Position numbers and translations under genes: made by a program. DNA of 64,000 nucleotides from Eledone cirrhosa (Eukaryota): assembly GCA_964016885.1 (NCBI GenBank), contig OZ024744.1, positions 115,754,001 to 115,818,000 on the forward strand, written 5' to 3'. Position 1 is the first letter of the stretch. Every line of letters begins with the position of its first letter. Positions 22,973 to 34,900 of this stretch are shown here, piece by piece. The notes under the pieces are model-generated. The model had not been told where the DNA came from. It did not search any database and saw only the letters and a program-made list of their open reading frames with translations.

Positions 22973-25371
22973 TACCCCACAGCATAGGTTAGTCGTTAGT
23001 GATATCTCAGTAAGCAAGAGACGGAATGAGAATACAGGAAGGTGTGGAAAAGAAAGGTTTGGAAGCTAAAAGACCTTTCACTAAAATACAAATTTAGGAA
23101 AGCCCTTCAAGATGTGTATGACAAAAAAGAAGACGATTTAGAGTCATATGACATAGATGATAACTGGAATTTCTTACGAGACAACTTACTGCAGGCTACT
23201 GATGACCTGGTGGTGGGACAGCACGGTAGAGAGGGCCATTAGAGACAAAAGACTAGCATGGAAGGCTTGGGAAAAGGGTGAGAGTAGAGTAGGATATACA
23301 ACCGCTAAGAGAGAAGCTAGACGTCAGGTGTACTTAACACGCAGGGAGGCTGAGAGTAGGAGGTTCGTCAATGTTCTGCGATGGGAAAATCAGAAACGTG
23401 CGGTGTTCCACATTGCAAGGCAGTGGGTCAATGCAAATCAGAATGTTGTTGGAGATAAATATGTCCGGAATGATGCCGGTGTACTTAGTGTCACAAATGA
23501 TCAGAAAAAGGAGGCCTGGAAATGTCATTATGAGAGACTGATGAATGTGGAGAACGAATGGGAAAGAGAGAAATTACTCCCAGTAGATCCAACAGAGGGA
23601 CCAGCTATTGAGATTGATGAATATAGGGTCCAAGAGGCGATTAGGGAAATGAAAAATGGTAAGGCCACTGGACCGTCAGGGGTAGTTGCTGAGATGCTGA
23701 AGACATCAAGGGACGTAGGCACTAAACCGGTTGCACATATCATCAATCAGGCTATATATGGCGGTGTCATACCCAATGACTGGTGCAGCAGTATTCTCAT
23801 AAATTGCTACAAAGGTAAAGGGGATGCTCTAGAGAGGAGCAATTATAGGGGTATAAAACTGATGGAACAGGTTATGAAAGTGGCAGAAAGGATATTAGTA
23901 CAACTAATTAGAGAAAGGGTCAAACTAGATGCAGTTTGGTTTTGTGCCTGGGAAGAGTACAACAGATGCCCTCTTCTTGGTGAGACAATTACAAGAGAGG
24001 TTCTTAGAGAAGAATAAGCCACTATACTTAGCTTTTGTTGAACTAGAGAAGGCTTTTGATACGGTACCCCAATCTGTCATCTGGTGGTCCCTAAGGAAAC
24101 TAGGTGTTGAGGAATGGCTTGTGAGGACTGTGCAAACTTTGTACAGAGGTGCTGTCAGTAAAGTCAGAGTAGGAATGGAGTTTAGTGAGGAATTCCAGAT
24201 ACAAGTAGGAGTACATCAGGGTTTGGTCCTCAGCCTGCTCTTGTTCATTATAGTCCTCCAAGCCATAACAGAGGAGTTTAAGACTGGCTGTCCATGGGAA
24301 CTTCTCTATGTTGAAGATCTGGTTCTTATAGCAGAATCAGTAGAGGAGCTAGAGAATAAATTCTGGCTATGGAAACATCAGTTGGAATCAAGAGGACTGA
24401 GAGTGAACCTAGCTAAGACAAAAGTGTTGATGAGTAGAAAAGAGGTCAAAACCCTGATTCCGTCAGGTAAATGGCCATGTTTGATATGTAGGAGAGGAAC
24501 TGGCATAAATTCTATAAAATGCACACAATGCAGATCTTGGATACACAAGAGATGTAGCGGGATAGCAGGCAAACTAACAGGTAGGGAGAAATATGTATGC
24601 AGTAGATGTACAGGGAAATTAGACAGTAGAAGTCGCATTGATAAACACATTTTTCAAATGCAGGAAGGCGCTATAGAAGGTGATCAGATTAGCATGGGAG
24701 GGAGGTGTTCCGAGGCCATAGTATCTAGAATAAGGACGGGTTGGAAGAAGTTTAGGGAGCTGCTTCTTCTGCTGAGGAAGAAGGGTTTCTCCCTGCATAT
24801 GAAAGGCCGGTTATATGATGTCTGTGTGAGGAGCGCGATGCTGCATGGTAGTGAGACATGGGCAATAATTACAGAGGATATGCGACGGCTGGAGAGAAAT
24901 GAGGCAAACATGCTCCATTGGATGTGCAGTGTCAATGTGCATGAACAACCCGGCATGAATGTGTTGAGAGAGAAACTGTGTCTGAGAGGGATAGATTGTA
25001 TTGTGTGAGAGAGGAGACTGTGATGGTATGGACATGTGATGCGCGTGGAGGATGACCAATGGGTGAAGAAGTGCCAGGAAATGCCAGTTGAAGGAAGGCG
25101 TGGTAGAGGTAGACCACGAAAAACATGGGCGGAGGTGGTGAGAGCAGACCTCAGATCGCTGAAGCTCACGGTCTAGATGACGAAAGACAGTGACAAGTGG
25201 AGAGATGCTGTGCTGAAAAGGACACGTCCCACCCTTGCAAGCAGGGAAAAGCAGACGTAAAATGATGATGATGATGATACTATTGTATTTTCACAGTAAA
25301 GCCTTTACCTCACATAATATCTTGCATAACATTTACATTACTTTATATATACTCTCTTTGTTGCGGCCGTG

Positions 25372-28300
25372 GATGGCCAACATAACCCCAACCCCATCCA
25401 CCTCACCCCTCCCTGCACCCCACCCACCAAACGCAATCCAAAACTTCAGAGTTGGTACCATGAATGTAGGGACCTTAAAAGGCCGCTCAAACGAGGTTGT
25501 AGAAATGCTTGAACGTAAGGAGGTTGATGTCTGCTGTATCCAAGAGACCAGGTGGAGGGGTGGGTCTGCTAGATTCATTGTGGGTAAAAAACGATGCTAT
25601 AAGCTTTTCTGGGTGGGAAATGACAATGGGCTGGGTGGGTGGGGTAGGAATCATGTTAGCAGAAAAATGGGTGGATAAGATAATAGACGTAAATAGAGTA
25701 AACGACAGAATAATTAAAATAAGACTTGTTCTAAATAGAACTACTGTGACGATAATATCTGCGTACGTGCCCCAATCCGGACTGCCTGGCGCTATAAAAG
25801 ACACTTTCTATGAGACACTGATGCTCACTACCTCCCAAATAACCGACAGTGACTATATAATTATTGCTGGCGACCTAAATGGTCACGTTGGACAACATTG
25901 TGACGGCTATGATGGAATCCATGGAGGCTATGGGTTTGGTACTAGAAATGAGGAAGGCTCCAGAATCCTGGAATTCTGTGACGCAAATAACCTAACAATC
26001 TGTAACACTAACTTCAAAAAATGAGACAATCACTTGATCACCTACAGATCAGGGGAACATACCAGCCAGGTAGATTATATCCTTACCAGAAGACGTGACA
26101 GAGTGACTGTTGTAAACACTAAATCCCTCCCCCATGAAGAATGCACCTCCCAACATAGACTGATAATTAGCGACCTCATAGTCAGGACAAGACGTACTCG
26201 ACAGCAGAAGAGGACTATCCTCAGGAGAAAAATATGGAAGCTAAAGGACCCCACAGCCAGAAATAAATTTCAAAGCATATTACTTGATGCTTTCGACAGT
26301 AAGGAAGAGCATTTAGAGTCGTACAATATAAAGGAACAGTGGGAATTCCTGAAAGCAAACCTGCTGATGGCGGCAGACGAAGTCTGTGGCCAGAGCAGGC
26401 CTATAGGCAGGAGGAGAGTAACATGGTGGTGGAACAGTAAGGTGGAGGAGTCGATTAAGGCCAAAAAGCAGGCTTGGAAAGTATGGTGGGATGGTGGAAG
26501 TAGAGAAGACTATCAAGTGGCCAGGAGGGAAGCTAGGAGACAAGTGTACTTCGCAAGAAGGGAAGCAGAGGAAAGAAAGTTCAAGCATGTTCTACAACGC
26601 GAGGACCAAAAACGTGAGGTGTTCAGGATTGCTAGGCAATGTGTCAAGGAAAACTGTGATATTGTTGGGGAGAAGTGTGTACTAAATGATGATGGTGTAC
26701 TCGCCATCACTGACGCTGATAAGAAGGTAGCTTGGAAATGTCACTACGAGAGGCTACTAAATGAGGAGAATAAATGGGAGAAGGATAGTCTCCCCCAGAT
26801 CGATCCAATAGAGGGACCAGCAGTGTTAGTTGAAGGTAGTATAATAAGTAAGGCAATCAAAGATATGAAGACGGGTAAGGCGGCTGGGCCTTCGGAAATA
26901 GTTGCTGAGATGCTGAAGGCCTCTGGAACGGTGGGACACACCATGGTCACCCAGATAGTAAACCAAGTCATACAGAATGGGGTTGTTCCGAAGGACTGGC
27001 GTAGCAGCATCATCATTAACTGTTACAAGGGTAAAGGAGACGCCCTAGATAGGAGTAACTATAGAGGCATTAAATTAATCGACCAGGTTATGAAGGTCAC
27101 GGAAAAAGTAATAGTGCAACTAATCAGAGAGAGAATTGATCTAGATGAAATGCAGTTCGGGTTTGTGTCAGGCAAAAGTACCACAGATGCTCTTTTCATT
27201 GTACGACAACTACAGGAGAAGTACCTAGCTAAAAGTAAACCCCTATACTTAGCTTTTGTCGACTTGGAGAAAGCCTTCGACAGAGTCCCCCGTTCCATTA
27301 TCTGGTGGGCTCTTAGAAAACTAGGTGTTGATGAATGGCTTGTGAGAGCTATACAAGCCATGTATAAAGAAACAGTCAGCAAGGTTAGAATTAACAACGA
27401 ATATAGTGAAGAGTTTAGTGTAAAAGTTGGTGTTCATCAGGGCTCTGTTCTTAGCCCCCTACTATTTATTATTGCCCTACAGGCTATAACAGTGGAGTTC
27501 AAGACCAGCTGCCCATGGGAACTCCTATACGCAGATGATCTAACGCTCATAGCTGAATCAATGGCCGAGCTAGAGAAGAAATTCCAAACATGGAAGCACG
27601 GCCTAGAATCAAAAGGCCTTAAAATTAACCTGGCTAAGACTAAAGTTCTAGTTTGTAGGAAAGAAAATAAGGCGCCGGTCCCTTCCTGGAAATGGCCATG
27701 CTCAGTGTGTAGGAAAGGCGTAGGTAGAAACTCCATTTTATGTCCCAAATGCAAAGTATGGGTGCATAAAAGATGTAGTGGGATCACAGGTAAGCTAACT
27801 AAGAACATAGATTTTACATGTGGCCGGTGCTCTGGTGCAATAAGTAGCAGCAAGTGCCCACCAATACTAGCTCTTTCAATTGCGCAGAGGGTTCTATAGA
27901 AATAGTGGACAGCTTCCGTTACCTGGGTGACAAAATCAGCAGTGGGGTAGGGTGCTCTGAAAGTACAGTAGCTAGAGTCAGAACTGGATGGAAAAAGTTC
28001 AGAGAGCTTATACCACTATTAGCCGCTAAAGGGTTCTCCCTAAAAATGAAAGGCAGGCTGTATGACGCCTGCATACGAACAGCAATGTTGCATGGCAGTG
28101 AGACCTGGGCATTGTGTGCAGAGGATATACGCAGACTAGAGAGGAACGAAGCTTGCATGCTCCGCTGGATGTGTAATAGTAATATACGCGAACGGCAAAG
28201 CATAAACAAACTAAGGGAAAAATTAGAAATAAGAGGGATCAGATGTTGTTTAGTCGAGAGAAGGCTACATTGGTATGGTCACGTGATGCGCATGAAAGAC

Positions 28301-28483
28301 GGCAGCTGTATAAAAAAGTGCAGGGCAATAAAGATAGACGGTAGCCACAGAGTAGGCAGACCCAGAAAAACCTGGGACGACCTGATAAATTCCGACCTCA
28401 CACACTTACACCTCTCCAAGACAATGTCACTGGATCGAGATCTTTGGCGGTACTCAGTAATAGAGAAGACCCGCCTTACCTGA
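25372..28483 (+). pseudogene. RTE ORF: APE endonuclease, reverse transcriptase and PHD-like zinc finger; two frameshifts and one stop
   Basis: Endonuclease motifs GTMNVGTL, CIQETRW, SAYVPQ, AGDLNGHVG, QVDYIL and SQHRL. RT motifs DLEKAFD, GVHQGSVLSP, YADD and FRYLG. The C-terminal RTE motif GRPRKTW is present. Lesions lie at ~25640, 26022-26024 and ~27860. Confidence 0.93.
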
Positions 28484-28528
28484 AATACAAAGTAAAACCT
28501 ACTACAGTCAGTAGGCATCTCTAACAAA

Positions 28529-28550
28529 ACACACACACACACACACACAC
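28529..28550. repeat. (CA)n microsatellite in the LINE 3' UTR
   Basis: About 11 AC units read directly. Confidence 0.9.
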
Positions 28551-29330
28551 CCACTACCCCCACCCCATCCACACCGCCTCTTTCAATGTAAAGTTATGTT
28601 GGCGCCACAGCATCCAGGCCGAAACAAATGAGATCGTGTAGGTGTCACGACAAAAAAACACACAGTCCACGCTGTAATGTGGCCGTGTAGGCAACACGGT
28701 AAAAACCTCCCAGACCCACACTGTAAATGTGGTTGGTGTTAGGAAGGGCATCCAACTGTAGAAAACCCGCCAGACAGTCCTATGCGAGCAAGACAACCAC
28801 TCTTGCCTCAAGTGGGAAAACTCCCGTCCAAACCCATGCAAGCGTGGAACATGGACGTTAAACGATGATGATGATGATGATGATACTATTGTATTTTCAC
28901 AGTAAAGGCTTTACCTCACATAATATTGAATCTACTAGATTATGATATTTATTTTAAGAACAATACCTTAAGATCAGTATGAGCAGCCAGTTACAGCCAG
29001 TTTGAACAGACAGTGGTGAGATAATTCTGGCCAGATACGGCCAGTTTAAATGTTAAAGGGTTAAAGTAGTAAATAAAGAAAACTGGAACCTTCAGACTAT
29101 CTTAGGATCTTCCATTCCATTCATTGATTCATTTGTAAAATTCTTCAATCAATACTTATCAAGTATGGCGCCTCATTAAGTTGTCAACAATAAAATTTAT
29201 ATGATGCTGTATTTGGTAAAACATGCAGTTTTCAGTGATTCAATGATAGTTGCAGTTTCTTACCAGCAACTGTTCTCTGTAAGATTAAAGAAAGTCAGCT
29301 GACAAAGATGTGGCATGTCATAGCTTAGGG

Positions 29331-29662
29331 CAGGAGTTTTAAACTGAAGGCCCAAAAAGGGCCATTATGTCCTGGGGAAGAAGCACAGTGGGCCAAAACT
29401 GAGACAAGAGGAAAATAAAGTCAATAGCAGCTGATGAGCTGCTATTGACTTTATTTTTCATCAAAAGGAATATGATAATGAGATATGTGAATTAGTACAA
29501 AATGTCGGGGGATATTTTCCATTTTATTGCATTTCTTTGGTAAATTACAATAAATTGAACTATAAATATTATTAAAACAAGGGAGACGACAAAATTGTTC
29601 TACTGTAGACCATAAAAAAGTAGTTCGTGGGCAGCCTTCTGGTTGTGTGTTTGAGACCCCTG
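29331..29662. mobile_element. Older hAT (Charlie-like) MITE
   Basis: TIRs CAGGAGTTTTAAAC / GTTTGAGACCCCTG match at 11 of 14 positions. The 8-bp flanks GCTTAGGG / GCTTAGCA match at 6 of 8. Confidence 0.7.
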
Positions 29663-30086
29663 GCTTAGCACGTAAGGGAGTATATGGCTGATGAGACCCT
29701 GTAATTTTACAGTTTTCTGAAACCTAAGTATTACATTGATTAGATGTGTCTATCTTTCTCTGAAGTAATAGTCACAACTAAAGTACTATAACACTGTGTT
29801 CCATGTCACTAAACAATGAGTTCTCTACATGCTTTCATCCTTTTGTATTCAAAAACAAAAAAGTTTCTATAAATTATGAATACTTTATTTCATAAATATA
29901 TCCTTCATAGTTGCACAAACAACATTATAAATCGTTTGCAATTCCTTCAGAATGAAAATATAAACAGAGCATACAAATAAATTTACAGTAGAATCACATA
30001 ACAAATATGTTTTAAATATAAATTGTTTTTATTTTGTGAATTGCCACTTTTATCTGTATATATGTATATATTTCAAAATATACTCT

Positions 30087-30381
30087 GGAGGCACATGGCT
30101 TAGTGGTTAGAGCATTGGCCTTGCAATTGAAAGGTTGTGAGTTCAATTCTCAGACTGGGTGATGTGTTGTTTCCTTGAGCAAGACACTTTATTTCACATT
30201 GCTCCAGTTTACTCAGCTGTAGAAATGAGATGATAGGGACTGGGGTCCCTATCATTCACTGTAAATGAGGTTGGTGTTAGGAAGGGCATCCAGCTGTAGA
30301 AATCAAGCCAGAATCAGTTCCCGTCCCACCCTTGCAAGCAGGGAAAAGTGGACGTAAAATGAAATGATGATGATGATGATG
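30087..30381 (+). mobile_element. SINE family B copy with an internal deletion
   Basis: Same head and tail as 9467-9813, with a (GAT)n tail and TSD ATACTCT (30080-30086 and 30382-30388). It lacks about 50 bp between two CACTG motifs. Confidence 0.93.
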
Positions 30382-30466
30382 ATACTCTACCAACGGTTTT
30401 TTTAATCTTCTATGAGTTGAATGAATGTCTTTGTAAATGTATACACAGACACACATACATACATAT

Positions 30467-30695
30467 ATGGGTAAAGAATTGCCAAGAAATGCCAGTAGAA
30501 GGAAGACGCAGTAGAGGTAGCCCACGAAAAACATGGGCGGAGGTGGTGAGAGCAGACCTCAGATCGCTGAAACTCACCAAGGAGATGACAAAGTACCGTG
30601 ACATGTGGAGAGATGCTGTGCTGAATAGGACCCGTCCAACCCTTGCACGCAGGGAAAAGCAGATGTAAAATGATGATGATGAGGATGATGATGAT
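30467..30695 (+). mobile_element. Heavily 5'-truncated RTE LINE, same family as copy 1
   Basis: Aligns to 25059-25276 (WVKNCQEMPVEGRRSRG...RPTLARREKQM*) and has a (GAT)n tail. It sits in a CA/TA-rich microsatellite. Confidence 0.92.
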
Positions 30696-30868
30696 ATATA
30701 TGTGTGTGTGTAAGTATATATGTATATATATATATATAACAGGATGTTGTAGTTTGCTTGTAGGAAACACAAATTTAAATAATTTTGAAAACCAAACAAT
30801 GCACTAGAAAGAAAATTAAAATTGCTAAGATAAAAAACTCTTACCTCGGCAAATTTAATATACATATA

Positions 30869-31980
30869 ATCATCATCATCATCATCATCACCGTTTTACG
30901 TCCGTTCTTCCACTGTAGCATGGGTTAGACAGGTTGTCCTGTTGTAGGCAATGTCTAGTCGGCTGACCTTGTCTTGCTTATACGGAAACTGATTCTGGCT
31001 TGATTTCTAGAGTGGGATGCCCTTCCTAACACCAACCTCATTTACAGTGTGGGCTGGGTGCTTTTTTCGTGGCACCTACACAACCATTTTGCGGTGAGGA
31101 GGGGGGGGGCATATTGTCTACATGTTTCAGCTTCGGCTTGTACCCATGGGAAGTCGGGTCTTCTGTATTACTGTGTGAAGCCAGACGTCACGGTCATGTG
31201 TCATCACCTTTGAGAGGTGCAATTGGGTAAAGTCGGCTTTTACCACCTCATCCCAGCTCTTCTTGGTTCTCCGCACTCCACTACTTCCAGTGACTTCTAG
31301 TGCTCTGCACCTTTTTATGCAGCTGTCATCCTTCATACGCATCACATGTCCATACCAATGCAACCTCCTCTCCTGCACACAGCATTTGACTCTTCTTATG
31401 CTCAGTCTCTCTCTCAATTCGTTTATGCTTTGCCGTTCGCGTATATTACTATTACACATCCATCGGAGCATGCAGGCTTCGTTTCTCTCTAATCTACATA
31501 AGTCTTCCACCTTCAGCGCCCAAGTCTCACTACCATGTAACATTGCTGTTCAGATACACGCATCATACAGTCTGCCTTTCATTCTGAGGGAGAAGCCTTT
31601 TGCAGCTAGCAGTGGCAGTAGCTCCCTGAACTTCTTCCATTCCGTTCTTACCCTAGTTATTGTACTTTCCAAACACCCACCTCCGCTGCTAATTCGGTCA
31701 CCTGAGTAGCAGAAGCTGTCTACTGTTTCTACAATAGATGGAGGATGGAGTTACTACCTACACCTTTCTATTACTGAGTAAGGCCATTTCCCTGAGGGGA
31801 TCTGGGTTCTGTTTTCTCGTCTACTTACGAGAACCTTAGTCTTTGTTAGGTTGACTTTGAGACCCTTTCTTTCTAGTCCCTGTTTCCATGTTTGGAATTT
31901 CTTCTCTAGTTCCACCATAGATTCAGCTATAAGTGCGAGGTCATCTGCATATAGGAGTTCCCATGGGCATCTGGTCATAA
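30869..31980 (-). mobile_element. RTE LINE copy 3, 3' part only, related to copy 2, abutting the 39-bp satellite
   Basis: Minus-strand CPWELLYADDL, MLHGSETWAL and RRLHWYGHVMRM, followed by a 3' UTR and a (GAT)n tail at 30869-30890. The zinc-finger segment is deleted near 31755. Confidence 0.93.
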
Positions 31981-34900
31981 ACTTAATAGTACCACATGGT
32001 ATAGTGTTGGACATGTCTAACTTAATAGTACCACCTGGTATAGTGTTGGACATGTCTAACTTCATAACACCACCTGGTATAGTGTTGGCTATGTCTAACT
32101 TAATAACACCACCTGGTATAGTGTTGGCTACGTCTAACTTAATAGTACCAACTGGTATAGTGTTGGACATGTCTAACTTAATAGTACCACCTGGTATAGT
32201 GTTGGCTATGTCTAACTAAATAACACCACCTGGTATAGTGTTGGACATGTCTAACTTAATAACAGCACCTGGTATAGTGTTGGCTATGTCTAACTTAATA
32301 GTACCACCTGGTATAGTGTTGGCTATGTCTAACTTAATAGTACCACCTGGTATAGTGTTGGCTATATCTAACTTAATAGTACCACCTGGTATACTGTTGG
32401 CTATGTCTAACTAAATAACACCACCTGGTATAGTGTTGGACATGTCTAACTTAATAACACCACCTGGTATAGTGTTGGACATGTCTAACTTAATAACACC
32501 ACCTGGTATAGTGTTGGCTATATCTAACATAATAGTACCACCTGGTATAGTGTTGGCTATGTCTAACTTAATAGCACCACCTGGTATAGTGTTGGCTATA
32601 TCTAACTTAATAGTACCACCTGGTATAGTGTTGGCTATGTCTAACTTAATAGTACCACCTGGTATAGTGTTGGCTATGTCTAACTTAATAACACCACCTG
32701 GTATAGTGTTGGCTATGTCTAAATTAATAGTACCACCTGGTATAGTGTTGGCTATGTCTAACTTAATAGTACCACCTGGTATAGTGTTGGCTATGTCTAA
32801 CTTAATAGTACCACCTGGTATAGTGTTGGCTATATCTAACTTAATAGTACCACCTGGTATAGTGTTGGCTATGTCTAACATAATAGTACCACCTGGTATA
32901 GTGTTGGCTATGTCTAACTTAATAACACCACCTGGTATAGTGTTGGCTATGTCTAACTTAATAACACCAACTGGTATAGTGTTGGCTATGTCTAACTTAA
33001 TAACACCACCTGGTATAGTGTTGGCTATGTCTAACTTAATAGTACCACCTGGTATAGTGTTGGCTAATTCTAACTTAATAGTACCACCTGGTATAGTGTT
33101 GGCTATATCTAACTTAATAGTACCACCTGGTATAGTGTTGGCTATGTCTAACTTAATAGTACCACCTGGTATAGTATTGGACATGTCTAACTTAATAGTA
33201 CCACCTGGTATAGTGTTGGCTATGTCTAACTTAATAGTACCACCTGGTATAGTATTGGACATGTCTAACTTAATAGTAACACCTGGTATAGTGTTGGCTA
33301 TGTCCAACTTAATAGTACCACCTGGTATAGTGTTGGCTATGTCTAACTTAATAACACCATCTGGTATAGTGTTGGCTATGTCTAACTTAATAACACCACC
33401 TGGTATAGTGTTGGCTATGTCTAACTTAATAGTACCACCTGGTATAGTGTTGGCTATGTCTAACTTAATAACACCACCTGGTATAGTGTTGGACATGTCT
33501 AACTTAATAGTACCACCTGGTATATTGTTGGCTATATCTAACTTAATAACACCACCTGGTATAGTGTTGGCTATGTCTAACATAATAACACCACCTGGTA
33601 TAGTGTTGGCTATGTCTAACTCAATAACACCACCTGGTATAGTGTTGGACATGTCTAACTTAATAACACCACCTGGTATAGTGTTGGCTATGTCTAACAT
33701 AATAACACCAACTGGTATAGTGTTGGCTATGTCTAACTTAATAACACCACCTGGTATAGTGTTGGACATGTCTAACTTAATAGTACCACCTGGTATTGTG
33801 TTGGACATGTCTAACTTAATAGTACCACCTGGTATAGTGTTGGCTATGTCTAACTTAATAGTACCACCTGGTATAGTGTTGGCTATGTCTAACTTAATAG
33901 TACCACCTGGTATAGTGTTGGCTAATTCTAACTTAATAGTACCACCTGGTATAGTGTTGGCTATATCTAACTTAATAGTACCACCTGGTATAGTGTTGGC
34001 TATGTCTAACTTAATAGTACCACCTGGTATAGTATTGGACATGTCTAACTTAATAGTACCACCTGGTATAGTGTTGGCTATGTCTAACTTAATAGTACCA
34101 CCTGGTATAGTATTGGACATGTCTAACTTAATAGTAACACCTGGTATAGTGTTGGCTATGTCTAACTTAATAGTACCACCTGGTATAGTGTTGGCTATGT
34201 CTAACTTAATAACACCACCTGGTATAGTGTTGGACATGTCTAACTTAATAGTACCACCTGGTATATTGTTGGCTATATCTAACTTAATAACACCACCTGG
34301 TATAGTGTTGGCTATGTCTAACATAATAACACCACCTGGTATAGTGTTGGCTATGTCTAACTCAATAACACCACCTGGTATAGTGTTGGACATGTCTAAC
34401 TTAATAACACCACCTGGTATAGTGTTGGCTATGTCTAACATAATAACACCAACTGGTATAGTGTTGGCTATGTCTAACTTAATAACACCACCTGGTATAG
34501 TGTTGGACATGTCTAACTTAATAACACCACCTGGTATAGTGTTGGCTATGTCTAACATAATAACACCACCTGGTATAGTGTTGGCTATGTCTAACTTAAT
34601 AACACCGCCTGGTATAGTGTTGGACATGTCTAACTTAATAACACCACCTGGTATAGTGTTGGACATGTCTAACTTAATAACACCACCTGGTATAGTGTTG
34701 GCTATGTCTAACATAATAACACCAACTGGTATAGTGTTGGCTATGTCTAACTTAATAACACCACCTGGTATAGTGTTGGACATGTCTAACTTAATAGTAC
34801 CACCTGGTATAGTGTTGGCTATATCTAACTTAATAACACCACCTGGTATAGTGTTGGACTGTCTAACTTAATAACACCACCTGGTATAGTGTTGGCTATG

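Larger units (their letters stand above)
17514..25276 (+). mobile_element. RTE-clade LINE copy 1, 5'-truncated, degenerate, split by a Gypsy element (pieces 17514-17634 and 22977-25276)
   Basis: The left piece encodes ITYKSGEYINQIDFLLVRQRDRQ...YPGEECT, and the sequence resumes PQHRLVVSDI after the LTR, colinear with LINE copy 2. RT motifs NYRGIKL, QFGF, KAFD, GVHQG and a mutated YVED are present. It has frameshifts and ends in a (GAT)n tail. Confidence 0.93.
25354..28882 (+). mobile_element. RTE-clade LINE copy 2, near full length
   Basis: Single-ORF organisation, about 400-bp 3' UTR, (GAT)n tail and TSD ATACT (25349-25353 and 28883-28887). Confidence 0.95.
16906..29060. mobile_element. TTAA-flanked non-autonomous DNA element (piggyBac-like MITE) inflated to 12.2 kb by nested insertions
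   Basis: TTAA lies at 16902-16905 and 29061-29064, with perfect 14-bp TIRs CCCTTTAACATTTA (16906-16919) / TAAATGTTAAAGGG (29047-29060). The element's own sequence survives in three contiguous pieces: 16906-17513, 25277-25353 and 28883-29060. Confidence 0.9.

Noticed and set aside
29688-29728. Hammerhead ribozyme (CTGATGAG...CTGTAA/TTACAG...GAAAC)
   Set aside because: The core words are present, but the base of stem II does not close properly. I could not build stems I and III with an NUH site. A covariance-model search would settle it.
30087-30160. tRNA-Ala gene (also 9740-9813)
   Set aside because: A and B boxes are present but the cloverleaf stems are poor. The sequence continues into a SINE body with a tail and TSD.
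23334-31709. Antisense ORFs over the LINE copies
   Set aside because: They are shadow frames of retroelement coding sequence with no independent motifs.
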